Shown here: piece by piece, positions 13,345 to 28,144 of the stretch
How positions within the stretch are numbered: position 1 is the stretch's first letter
Layout: the number at the start of each line of letters is the position of its first letter
Origin: Eledone cirrhosa
Lineage: Eukaryota
Direction: 5' to 3'
Assembly: GCA_964016885.1 (NCBI GenBank)
Contig: OZ024755.1
Coordinates: 40,920,001 to 40,984,000, forward strand
DNA: 64,000 bases
Notes under the pieces: model-generated
Databases searched by the model: none
What the model saw: only the letters and a program-made list of their open reading frames with translations
What the model was told of the DNA's origin: nothing
Translations under genes and position numbers: made by a program

Positions 13345-13755
13345 GAACGTTACTCAATAGAGTATATAGCTTGGAGATGAGAGAGTCACTCCAGGTAGAG
13401 CCACTATTTCTAGTCTCTGGAGTAATGTTACTCGATAGAGTACGTAGCTCGGAGATCAGAGAGTCACTCCAGGTAGAGACACTACTTCTCCGAATTGAGA
13501 GATCACAGCTCCGATACTATGGACATGTGGTTAGAATGTCTTAGGAAAAAAGCACTGGACAGATTTTACAGGTTAAAACCAACTGGCAGGAAACCCAGGG
13601 GTAGATCCCGAGTAAGATTGTTGGATAACATCTATGAGCTTTGTTGGTCTCGCTTAGGGATCCAGTCGGGTCAGTTGGAGACGGTTGCTTCTGACAGGAC
13701 ACACTGGGAGGAGTGTTTGAGGACTCTGCCCCCATGACCCTGTCAGGATTAAGTG
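13345..13755 (+). mobile_element. RTE-clade LINE 3' fragment (Expander/Rex3-like) with a short internal tandem duplication
   Basis: Translates to LLDRVRSSEIRESLQVETLLLRIERSQLRYYGHVVRM...PTGRKPRGR...LGIQSGQLETVASDRTHWEECLRTLPP, a typical RTE C-terminus. The first ~70 bp are duplicated. Confidence 0.85.
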
Positions 13756-14363
13756 GGAGGAGAAGAAGAAGACTATTATCATAGTCGTTTACCCTAGGAT
13801 GATTATATTCCAAAGAAATATTGTTCTGCTATTATTGGTATAGTTGCTGCAGTTGTTGTTGCTGTTGTCGTCGTTGTCGTTGTTAAGCCTTCAGTCAGCA
13901 CATATTGGGCAGACCTATGATAAAAGACATTCAAGCCTTCACTATATTGTATGTTTCCCAGCATAATGTTATCTATGATTACCATTCCTAACGATTCCTT
14001 CCTTGTTCGGGTTATTCCGCATCATGGCATCCCATTTCAAGCTGACAAATTATCAAAGATTTTCTTTTGCCATGACAATCGCGTTTTATTTTAATTTAAA
14101 TTTTATTTTTTCAGTTATTTTTGTATCTAGAGTTAAACTATGTAATTTATCCTTTTGCATGTGATTTGAGTTGCTATTTCAAGCAGATCAAGTGACCACG
14201 TAAAGACTCTCTCATAGGTTTGTACTTGTTGTTATGGTTTTATGTTATGGTTTCTCGTTGCCATCTAAACTCGGTCAATTGCCTTTCAGATATACTCTTG
14301 TTTGTATCTAATAGTGTCGTTGTTTGTTACTCATAATTTCTCCCCAAATTTGTTTCTTTGCAG

Positions 14364-14920
14364 AAACGACAACTGTACAGACAGCCAACCAGACTAATGC
14401 AGACAAAGACGAAGAAAGTCTGGTCTCTGTCAAACAACGAATTCAAAGACTGGAGGAATCAAAGTCACTGACATTAACACGATATCAAGATGGTCGTAAA
14501 AAGCGTGTACCACCACCCGTTCCTGTCAAACCTCGATCAATTTCTCTTCGCGGTACCGGAGATCTTTCTGGTATCTCAAGAATGTTACCGATATTAAACA
14601 TGCAGCCTCATCTTGGCCTACGTGCACAGTTACCAGATGTACAGACGGCCAAGTCATTAACTGATCTCAGTAAAACAGACGATACATCTGGTGTTTCCAG
14701 TGAACCGAATGTCACCCCGTCTGTTCACTGGATGTTACATAAAAACCCTCATTCTACTTTACCCAGATTTAGGAGTGCATCGTCAGGCTATCCAGTGAGT
14801 GGATATTCATGGAATGTACCTTCTGTTCAAGCAAACAATGTCAACTCACAGACTCTGCCTAATTCGGAGGATTGTACCGATATTCAGTCGAAGACGTCTA
14901 CATATGATAACAAATCTAAG
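14364..14920 (+). CDS. Internal coding exon (557 bp, phase 1 to phase 0) of an unidentified host gene; disordered Ser/Thr/Pro-rich adaptor-like region
   Basis: Acceptor TTGTTTCTTTGCAG ends at 14363 and donor AAG|GTTAGT starts at 14921. The frame is open, non-repetitive and ~186 aa (ETTTVQ...YDNKSK), with SVKQRIQRLEE, class II SH3 ligand PPVPVK and RFRSAS (RxRxxS). Confidence 0.85.
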
Positions 14921-14948
14921 GTTAGTATATATCCTAAAGCTCTACATT

Positions 14949-14981
14949 ATATATATATACACACACACACACGCACACGCG

Positions 14982-15012
<31 letters not shown>

Positions 15013-15130
15013 ACATACACATACACACACACACATACACACACGCACACACGCACACACACGCACACACACACACATACACACACACACACATACACAC
15101 ACGCACACACACGCACACACACACATACAC

Positions 15131-15165
<35 letters not shown>
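14949..15165. repeat. (TA)/(CA)/(CACG) compound microsatellite
   Basis: Direct reading; it explains the HTHT tail of ORF 14324-15265. Confidence 0.95.
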
Positions 15166-15167
<2 letters not shown>

Positions 15168-15510
15168 GTTTTCCCTCGGTATTCGCGGGGATTATGTTCC
15201 TAGAGCACTCGCGAATATTAGACGTGGTTAATAAAAATGCCTATAAATGTCAAAATATAACGTAAAATATAAAATAAAAAGCGGCTGCGTGTTATGCAAA
15301 GGGGCGTCCAATAGGCCGGAAAATTAGACCGGTATATTGTTGTTAATAATTTAGTGTTAAAAATATATATTGCCACGAAAAAAAACATAAAAAATCGCCG
15401 TAGGTATTTACGATTCCGCGAATATGTGGTGGTTTCCACGAACAATTATTTGTTAGGTTCTAAGGAAAATTTCGCGAATAACCGGACTGCGAATGCCGGT
15501 GGATACACTG
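15166..15510. mobile_element. pogo/Tigger-like MITE (345 bp)
   Basis: TA|CAGTTTTCCCTCGGTATTCGCG ... TGCGAATGCCGGTGGATACACTG|TA: imperfect ~23-bp TIRs and TA duplication. Confidence 0.8.
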
Positions 15511-18840
<3,330 letters not shown>

Positions 18841-18896
18841 AGTTTCCAATTTTCAACTGTCGTTGAAAATTGCAAACTGACTGTCACCACACATTA

Positions 18897-18935
18897 TGAA
18901 CCTGAAGATTGCGAAAGCATGAAAGTACTTGTTCA
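18897..18935 (+). ncRNA. Minimal type I hammerhead ribozyme (PLE-type)
   Basis: UGAAC CUGAAGA U-UGC GAAA GCA-U GAAA GUAC UU GUUCA: 5-bp stem I, intact core, 3-bp stem II, palindromic GUAC in place of stem III, CUU cleavage triplet. Confidence 0.75.
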
Positions 18936-19096
18936 ATTAACACTTAATATTTAACATTCTACCATACTATTTCATTTTAATACCATTATAACATTTTAAA
19001 GGATTGTAAATAAAACGAGTAAATCAGACAGTTGGAATTCCTTTTATTAATATAATCTTCTATACACAATCATACACACCCGTGTATATTTATCTA

Positions 19097-19140
<44 letters not shown>

Positions 19141-19152
<12 letters not shown>

Positions 19153-19639
19153 TTTAGTTCCTGTCTGTTCGTTCACAAACTCCTCCTATGGTTTTGGAGA
19201 TAGACCCCCATAACCATATATATTCTGAAACTATATTGCCAAGGGTACTTGGATAAGTATATTTCATTTTAATCAAAGGGTTCCCCGGGGGCACAAAACC
19301 CCTGCTGAAAACCCCCAATGGAAATGTTTTCTCTTCGATTTATATGAAATTTAAACCATAGGTAAATGACAAGATATGATGCCTATTCAAAAAAGTTTTG
19401 AATTGATATTTTGAAAAAAATTATTTACAAGAAACAAAATAAGAATAAAATTTAATAATGTAATTTTGATTTGATATATTACAAAAATGTTTTCCAATTT
19501 TTCATGCATTACATTTTACATTGAGTAATATTGAAATGCAGAGTTTTTCTCCATAAATTATATCACTGATTTAAAATCAATCATCATTTTCTTACAAAAT
19601 AAATGTGTGAAACGCAGCAAGGCGCGAGTAATTCGGCTA

Positions 19640-19641
<2 letters not shown>
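19141..19641 (+). mobile_element. Non-autonomous Helitron-like element in (TA)n
   Basis: 5' TATAAAG..CTGTCTGTTCGTTC start; 3' GC-rich hairpin remnant followed by CTAAT (decayed CTAG-T); same architecture as other copies in the window. Confidence 0.5.
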
Positions 19642-19699
<58 letters not shown>

Positions 19700-20189
19700 A
19701 TAAACAATCTATCATTATACCTGTTGAGTGATTTGATTTTGAAAGTTAGAAGTATCAACGTTGTTTGACTATGAAAAACATTCTAAGTTGGACATATAAA
19801 CCCTGGTGACGGACAAAATATAGAGGAACACCTCTAATCACAGGTTAGTACGGTCATATAAAAACATAGAGAGTTGGGAGAGCAACAGGGCTCAGATTGT
19901 CACACTAGATCCCATGCAATCAAATATTGCACATTGAAATAAACAGCATGAACCTCCACACAGCATAACCCTCTACCTAACAGAGATAGGGCATATTTGG
20001 AACACAGGTGACCTAGAAGACAACAGAACCTCTAACTAGTTGCTCGTCCTGAAAACAACAGCCAAATTACTCTCAAATGACACACCATTGTCTTAGTATA
20101 AGTCACATCAGATAACATAGTCCTCAGCTCCCTTCAAATAGTAAATAAAAAGACCGGGTAGTTAAGGTATCATATCCACCGCATTCCTA

Positions 20190-20365
20190 ATAAAAGAAGG
20201 TTATCAGCCAACCTTCCTTCCACGCATAACTCACACCTAGAGTTGAGCTTTTGATATGACCGTACAGTTTAAGCAGTCTTGATCTGACAACTGATGTGAT
20301 TGGTCTAAGCCTGGTAATGTTGAGCAGCTCACTGATACAGATATGGTCGCTGAGCCGCTTGCTAG
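20190..20365 (-). mobile_element. RTE-type LINE 3' fragment
   Basis: SDHICISELLNITRLRPITSVVRSRLLKLYGHIK; homologous to 38185-38500. Confidence 0.75.
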
Positions 20366-21775
20366 TCATAAGTCTCATGTTTTACCTCATAAGTCTTATC
20401 TCTGCTCCAATGGCTACTGCATTCTGCCTCTCACCCTATCCTCGCTTTACACGACTCCCCCATTTTATTCTTTCCTTGTCCTCCCATGTACTAACGAGAT
20501 ATATAGAAACAAACGAAAGCAAAAGAAAATGACGTTTTTTTCCTCTCGACACAAGAAGCTGCTCCTAAACAGACTCATTAACTGCTTAATAAACACAACC
20601 GCACGGATATGGTCCGAACGTGGAAGAGCCGAACTCTCACTGTCATCGCCTCCATCTCTCTCGCCCTCCCCATTTCTCTGTATGGTGAGCAAATGGGGTC
20701 CCACGTGCTGGCCTCCCCACAGCCCCGGCGAACAGAATGGAGAAGGCGTTTCCCCGGAGGATGATCTCACCTCATTCTAGAATGGAACTCCGTCGGTTTC
20801 GATGATGAGTGTTGTTTGTTCAATGGAACAGCCTTCTCATGAAGTAAACGTGTTTAAAAATTTCACAGACACGTGTAACATTAACGTAAATGGGGGGGGG
20901 GGGGGGGGGCACTGTTTGATGAGAGAACCTTTAACCATCTAGCGATGCTTAAAAGAAGAGCCGAGAAAAATAAATGAGGGTGTAGGCATTTACCCTCCTG
21001 CTCAGAAATAATATAAATATTGCTCATCGTTAAATAAATAACATTTACACACATGAAAAATTGCCCATCATTCAAATAAAACTTGTAAGAAGCTATCTGA
21101 AGTGATGAATGTTTATTTCCCATATGGAAGGGAATCGTTTCATATTTACAATGTTTTGATATTTGATATAGTAACCCCATTTTTTTCTTCTTTTGCTTTC
21201 TGCAGAGCTGAAGTTTAAAAATAACCTCTTCTTTGATATCAAGATTAGTAAATGGGACCTTTTTTGAACTAATAGCTTCAACCACCCACCTACATACAAC
21301 AATACAAATTTCTAGGATGTATTTTTCTCTTTTCTTCCCCTGAAATATTATCTGATGCTCACTGCTTCTAGCTGTTCTTTCCCCTTTTTACTATAATTCC
21401 TCTATTACCCTACGTATTTGAGCTTTGTTATTTTTTTAAACTACCTCCCCCCTCCATATTCTCCAAATAATTACCCTAGACATTTTTTTGTTTTTCTGTT
21501 CCCCTATTACCTCTCTTGTGGTGAAGGGTGAGAGTATGAAGGTGGGACTTTTTTTGGGGGGGGGGGGGGGGGGGGGTTATAACTATTCTTCTACTACATT
21601 AATTAAACATCATTTTAGAGACTGGCTGGTGCTTATTGCTGCCAGATATATTCTAAGAACTACCCCCCCCCCCCAAAAAAAAACGACTGCAACTCTTAAA
21701 ATTTCAGCTATATAGAGCACAGAAGAGATTTTAATGTCTATCATAAGATTTAAAAAATAGGACAGTTTACTTCAC

Positions 21776-22100
21776 TTTTACTCTTTTCCTGGTCTCAGTC
21801 ATTAGGCTACGGTCATGTTGGTGCACTACCTTGATTTAGTCGATCATATCAACCACAAAGCAGGTAAAATTCCGTTATAATGAATTTTTCAGTATAACGA
21901 ACATTTTTTTCAAACCCCGAGGTAATAACAAACAAACGCTCAATTTGTTTCGGTTTATCTCGTAATAAAGAATTTTTCGTTACAACGAATTTTTTTATAC
22001 CCCGTGAATTTCGTTATAACGGAATTTCACAGTAGTTATTTTTCTAGTCTGGTACTTATTTTTTCGATCGTTTTTAACGAAACGCTAAGTAACGTGATTT

Positions 22101-22105
<5 letters not shown>
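21776..22105 (-). mobile_element. Old SINE whose 3' tail resembles the CR1 tail; interrupted by a MITE
   Basis: Reverse complement ends GGTAGTGCACCAACATGACCGTAGCC..GACTGAGACCAGGAAAAGAGTAAAAG, resembling 57458-57516. Confidence 0.6.
21861..22032. mobile_element. pogo/Tigger-like MITE (~170 bp)
   Basis: TIRs CAGGTAAAATTCCGTTATAATGAA / TTCGTTATAACGGAATTTCACAG; internal repeats of TTCGTTATAACGAA. Confidence 0.75.
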
Positions 22106-22188
<83 letters not shown>

Positions 22189-22264
22189 TCACTCACATAC
22201 ATACATACATACATACATACATACATACATACATACATACATACATACATACATACATACATAC

Positions 22265-22855
22265 ATGGCGGCTGCCAACTCGTTTTCGAGTACGGCCACT
22301 ACTTTATATCCGATGCGCTGAACGAGTGTGACTTTTCAGTCCAGCCAGCGATTTGAAAACTCTGGTACAAACACTACACTTTTGACAATTATTGACACAT
22401 AGTGCTGGGCCCATGGTACCATGTGATTACAAGTGCAGAGAGATCTCCAGATATAAAGCAATGCCTGTGCCGTGAAGCTTTTATAGTGAGCAAAGGCACT
22501 GCACAAAGACAGTCCCACTCTCTTAACCAAGATGATATGTACCAAAAAGAAGAACAAGTCAACATCATTGGATACCATCAGGGTTGCAGGTGTTATATCA
22601 GAGTTTTCCTTCTCCTAGAATTCTGCCTTGACAAGGCTAAGGGGTCATCTCTCCCGGTGATTTTGGATGGTCATTGACTCTTAAGAGCTCCTTTGCCCTT
22701 TGACAGGTTTTGTTTTTAGTCCTGCAGGATGTCCAAAGTCACCCTCCTCACCAAGAAACCTTGGTGGGGTTGCCAGTTTAGTCGCCAACGACCCGACCAT
22801 GAGACAGGTTGTACTGGGATACATGTTACCAGTAGCACCAACTGGTGACCTGGCA

Positions 22856-22856
<1 letters not shown>
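22265..22856 (-). mobile_element. Non-autonomous RTE-derived element (5' UTR fused to 3' end), copy 1
   Basis: RTE-like 5' UTR motif TCTAGGAGAAGGAAAACTCTGA joined to a C-terminal zinc-finger remnant ([17 protein letters not shown]) and GGCAGCCRCCAT + microsatellite tail; highly similar to 46119 and 59648. Confidence 0.8.
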
Positions 22857-22909
<53 letters not shown>

Positions 22910-22949
22910 TTGTTTTGCAAGGTTTTTTGATATGTGTCGAAACAAATAT

Positions 22950-23364
22950 TGTTATACTTGGGGAGGGTCATATTGTTGTAATAATATTGCCAGAAATAAT
23001 AACAGAACACACTCACTGTTTGGTTGGTTTTCGCTTCTGTATCTTTTATATCTCCATAGTTAATTTATTTGGCAATCAATTTGTTTATCATTGATTGACC
23101 AGCGGTTAAAAATATATATATAGTCTATCAAAGTTCTTTCGTTGCACATCTGCAACATCATCAATGGTACTATTATGTTCCTTCCTATTGTATTGTATGT
23201 CTACGCCATTTTTATTTTATTAATTTATTTACTTCTTCTTGCCAAATAAATTAACTATGGAGATATAAAAGATACAGAAGCGAAAACCAACCAAACAGTG
23301 AGTGTGTTCTGTTATTATTTATGGCAATATTATTACAACAATATGACCCTCCCCAAGTATAACA
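22950..23364. mobile_element. Fold-back MITE with 126-bp TIRs (TGT...ACA) flanked by ATAT
   Basis: 22950-23075 is the reverse complement of 23239-23364 (1 mismatch seen); ATAT lies on both sides; same family as 1312-2391. Confidence 0.85.
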
Positions 23365-23590
23365 ATATATATATAAATATATATATAATGGGCTTCTGCT
23401 CTTTCCGTCTACCAGATTTCACACATAAAGCATTGATCAACAGGATCTTATAGCAGAAGACGCCGACCCAAGGCGCCACGTAGAGGGACTGAACCCAGAG
23501 ATACCGTAGCCTCACCACCATGCTTTGTAGAGTTTTAATTTATGAAGACAACGTTTCGTTGTTTTGTCTTAAACCATTTTTCAAACTGTG

Positions 23591-24115
23591 CAGGTAGGCG
23601 CCAGTTTCAGCAGTAATGAGCCAGCTTCAGCATTCAGTAACCAGAAGAGGGGAGGTAGGCGTAAAAGCGAAACTCGCTATCTTCCTGGTATTCGTGTCAA
23701 CCCTTACCTATGCTCATGAATCTTGGGCAATGACCGAAAGAATACGATCGTGAATACAAGAGGCCGAAATGGGGTTCCTCCGAAGTGTCTTTGGAGTAAC
23801 GTTTCTCGATAAAATGCGTAGCTCGGAGATGAGAGTCACGCCAGGTAGAGCCGCTACTTCGTCAAACTAAGAGATCACAACTCCGATACTATGGACATGT
23901 GATTAGAATGTCTCTGGAAAGAATCACTGGATAGATTTTACGGGCAAAACTAACAGGTAGGAGACCCAGGGTAGACATCGAGCAAAATGGTTAGATAACA
24001 TCCATGAGCTTGGCTGGTCAGGCTTGGATATCGAGCCGGATCAATTGGAGACGGTTGCTTCTGACAGGACCGGCTGGAAGGAATGTTTGAGGACTCTGCT
24101 CCCCCGCCCCTCTCG
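23591..24115 (+). mobile_element. RTE-clade LINE 3' fragment (Expander/Rex3-like)
   Basis: KAKLAIF..TLTYAHESWAMTERIRS*IQEAEMGFLR..RSQLRYYGHVIRM; same family as 13345-13755. Confidence 0.85.
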
Positions 24116-24298
24116 GGAAGAAGGGGGAGGGGGAGGAGGTGGTAGGCGTCAGAAAGAATGCTTTGTTGGTATTTGTTTCGGCCTTCTGCAATCTGAGTTC
24201 AAATCTCGCAGAGGTCAACTTTGTCTTTCCTTCATTCGAAGTCGATAAAGTATTAAGGTATTACTGGAGTTAATGATTCATCTATATCTCTTTTTCAC

Positions 24299-24344
<46 letters not shown>

Positions 24345-24576
24345 TCTCACTCCCCCTCTCTCTTATGCACTCACTCAGTCACACATACACTCGCATTTTC
24401 TCACTCATTCACACACACCTCTCTCTCTCTTCCCCTCTATGTCACTCACCATTAAGAAATCGGTTGAGTTCAGACCTGTAGAGGGATGGATTCCATCAAG
24501 TCTTAGAATGTCACTCAGCATCTCTACGACACCACCAGCAGTTACGGATCAATTTCTCCCTCCTTACATATATACA

Positions 24577-24780
24577 TGATGGCTGCCCTCTCGTTATCGA
24601 GTATGGCCATTGCACTATATACCATTATTAATAATTATTAATTAATTCTATCGTGCAATGCCTGTGCGTGAAGATTTATTTTAAAGTGAGGAAATACTGT
24701 GCACTGAGCCAATCCCACTCTCTGAGTGACAGTAGCTATAACCCGAAAAGAAAAAAAGATCAACATCTTCGGTAACTATA
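24577..24780 (-). mobile_element. RTE-like 3' tail with internal hairpin
   Basis: Reverse complement ends GGCCATACTCGATAACGAGAGGGCAGCCATC; hairpin CATTGCAC..GTGCAATG; homologous to 52905-53508. Confidence 0.65.
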
Positions 24781-24790
24781 TACATACATA

Positions 24791-25093
24791 ACTAGTTAGG
24801 AAATTACAAGTACAATCCATTAATGGAACAGTAAAAATATGTAAAACGTTCCAAAGATTCTACATCTAATAACTGCATATACATATGTACAGATACAAAT
24901 CATATACACATGCACACAAACAACTCAAAGCATACACATCCACACATACAATAACATCCATATCTACACATGCATACATACATATCTACCTAGTTGATGT
25001 TGTGTAAATTCCAATGAGAGAGTCTTGTGTCTATGTTAGAAACCGACTCTCTCTCTATTGGTAAAACTTTGTGAAATTATAAAACCAGAAGAA
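24791..25093 (+). mobile_element. R4/Dong-like (RLE) non-LTR retrotransposon 3' end inserted in (CATA)n
   Basis: LVRKLQVQSINGTVKICKTF plus 3' UTR, homologous to 53546-54093; CATA repeats at both junctions. Confidence 0.75.
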
Positions 25094-25121
25094 CATACAT
25101 ACATACATACATACATACACA

Positions 25122-25185
<64 letters not shown>

Positions 25186-25504
25186 ACAGACACACACACA
25201 CACACACACACAGACACACATACATACATACATACATACACACACATACATACATACATACATACATATATACATACATGCATAATGAAAGCACTAGTCT
25301 AGTGTTTGGCTAGCTCTCTTTCCTTCCATCTGGCACATCCTTGATGTTCTACTGGAGCAAAAGAAGCGGTGGCGATCGAGCGTCTGTGTATGGTCATTGC
25401 TGCGTGGACACTTAAAACCTGTAACGAAAGCAGGGTATATATCCCCAAGTCACACATGATTGCCTGTAGCAGCTGTAATATAGAATTTGCAATTTACTAC
25501 AAGA

Positions 25505-25695
25505 ATAATAATTGTTTCTACTTTTGGCACAAGGCCAGCAATTACCCAGTGCATTACTGGTACTTTATTTTATCGACCTCGTAAGGATGCAAGGCAAAGT
25601 TAACCTCGGCGGGATTTGAACTCAGAATGGGAAGGGCCGTAACTCTATGCGTCAAAGCATGGCGTCCGACCCTCTACCGATACTGCCAATCCACC
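25505..25695 (-). mobile_element. tRNA-derived SINE, young family
   Basis: Near full-length match to 2740-2921. Confidence 0.9.
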
Positions 25696-25951
25696 AATAA
25701 TAATGAATGGTTCATGTAATATGACTTTCCTTCTTGTAATTCTATCAAATATGTTCCGTTTTCTATAATGATAACAGTTTCTGGTGTAGGCACAAGACGA
25801 ACAATTTGGAAAGTAGATTAAATCGACCCCAGTGCGTTACTGGTACTTTATGTTATCGTCTCCTAATGATGAAGAGCAATACTGACCTCGGCAAAATTCG
25901 AACTGAGAATGTAAAGAGCCAGAACACATACCGCTGACAGTTTGTCTCGAG

Positions 25952-26435
25952 CAGCAGTCGCTAGCCAATGGTCCGCGGACCTCGGGTGGTCCGAAAGAAA
26001 ATTTTGGTGGTCCGCAGAAAAATTTAGACATTATTTGCTATGTTTTACTAGACCACCGTTGGACCACTTCAAAATATTTTTTTAAAATCATGTTCACTTA
26101 AAAAAATGTTTAAATAATTAAAATCTACACAGACATGTATATAATTGTTTCTACTATTGGCACAAGGCCAGCAATTACCCAGTACATTACTGGTACTTTA
26201 TTTTATCGACCCCGTAAGGATGAAAGGCAAAGTTAACCTCGGCGGGATTTGAACTCAGATCGTAAAGGGACGTATCTACCGATACTGCCAATCCACCGCC
26301 TTCTGACATATATATAATGTGAAGTGAAACTGGAAGGCCCATATATATACGTCTGTGTGTGGAAATATATAAATGTGTGTGTGTGTATACATATATATAT
26401 ATATGGGTGTCTGTGATCTATATACACTGGTCATA

Positions 26436-26485
<50 letters not shown>

Positions 26486-27032
26486 CACACACACACTCAC
26501 ATATATATATATAAACAACAACACCTCCATCTCTCTCTCTATTCCATTTTCCTTCTTAGTTTCCTTCTCTCTCTCTCTCTCTCTCTCTTCCTGTCTCTCT
26601 TTCAATCTACTCTCTTACAAATACTATCTATTTCTCTCTATCCCCCTCTCTCTCTCTATTTATGAAGGTACTCGAAAACCCCCATATCTCGGGAAACTCG
26701 TGCGCCGATTTACGCGAAACTTGTTTTATTCCATTTGTATTTGCATTTCAGGGTCAACTTCCTTTCAAACTATTTACTATTATGCGCCCTTTTGGCTGTA
26801 TTACATTACAGACAAGCAATCACAGACTTTTAGTAATATATAGATTGATAATAAAACAAAAATAATATTCGGTTAAAATATATTTTATAAGCCTCTAAAA
26901 TATGTTTTTAATGGATGTATTTCATATTAATAAAATGGAAGTTCTCTGATCATTATTTTACAAATGTTGGTCCGTGAGATTTAAAATTATGAATTTAGTG
27001 GTCCATGAGATCGGAAAGGTTGGCGAGCACTG
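25952..27032. mobile_element. hAT (Charlie-like) non-autonomous element inside an older SINE; contains a nested SINE and microsatellites
   Basis: Termini CAGCAGTCGC..CAA / TTGGCGAGCACTG; subterminal TGGTCCG repeats; flanks GTCTCGAG / GTCTAGAA resemble the NTCTAGAN hAT target. Confidence 0.75.
26143..26300 (-). mobile_element. tRNA-derived SINE nested in the hAT element
   Basis: Family match; approximate TSD GACAT(G/A)TATATAAT. Confidence 0.85.
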
Positions 27033-28144
27033 GTCTAGAACACATACCGCTAGACAGTTTGTCCGACGCTCTAACAATTTTGCCAATTCACCGCCTACTA
27101 ACTTTACAAATAACACCAATTAATAAAGGAAATGATTCGAAAAGAGTGAAGTAGTTAATTTATGTGACGTCAACATTAAGAAGTGTCTGAAGGTTGTGAG
27201 TAGTAAAAATAGAAGCCTCGTGTCTAGATACTCTACTTTCTGAATATTTATCTTGCCAGGTTCGACTTTGTAGTTTCATCCTTCAGGAATCGATAAAATA
27301 GTAGTTGGCTATTGCAGGAGTAAAAATGATAATAATAATGGTTGTCTATCGGCTCCGCATAATTTATGGGTAATTGCTGGCCTTGTGCCTAAAGTAGAAA
27401 CAATAATTTATTATAAACATTTAAAAAAAAAGCATAACAAAACAAAAACAACCAACCAACAAACAAATAAAGAAAAACACACATTTTTAGCTAACTTTAT
27501 TTGTGGTTTTTAGCTTTGAATCTTATCTGAATGAAATTGTTTTAATGTCCGGATACATAAGTTGTAGGATTGGTTTTAATAGAAGACTTAATCAAAGAAG
27601 ATATATATTCAGAGCACCTAAGAGCCACTTGAGATAGGCTGAAAACCCGCACGTGGAGCCAGAAGTAAAGGTTCCAGTCTTCAAGGACATATCCTGAATA
27701 AGCTGTAAACCTGGAAGGGATCGTCATCAGTTTTGACGATGGATGTTTCCAGTTGTTCGATCAACGGGGCAGCCTTCTTAACAAATGAATGTAGAAATGG
27801 TTGAGCATTTCACAGACACGTGTATCTATAATGTAATTCTCAGTTAAATTCAAAGTGACACAGTTTGTGACAAAGCTGGCCTTTTGAAGTACAAACACAG
27901 TTCATCCGACGAGATTCTAAACAGTTTCCGCATAATTAATTTCACTGACAAGGTTTGGTTGGGCCTGAAGATGACACTTTCCCAACACGCCATTGGTATG
28001 TAACCCAGGACCTAATAATTGCCAGGTGAACTTCTTAACTATTCTACCATACTGTGTCCAAAGTCTGTTGTAGTAGAGATTGACTAAGTAGAGTGTGGAA
28101 ATAGAATGTAGTGTAGATGTGGAATATTGTGGACTTTAACATCC

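Noticed and set aside
20343-20780. GC-richer ORF with a CACGTG E-box as exon or promoter
   Set aside because: No recognisable protein or compatible splice phase; a single motif is insufficient.
20881-21285. 134-aa minus-strand ORF
   Set aside because: No recognisable motif or splice signals; probably a decayed unknown repeat.
23540-23590. Minus-strand hammerhead relic (GAAACGUUGUC)
   Set aside because: The 5' core reads UUGAAAA and the stems are poor.
24577-25093. Segmental duplication with 52905-53860
   Set aside because: The same two elements co-occur but in a different relative arrangement, so they are independent insertions.
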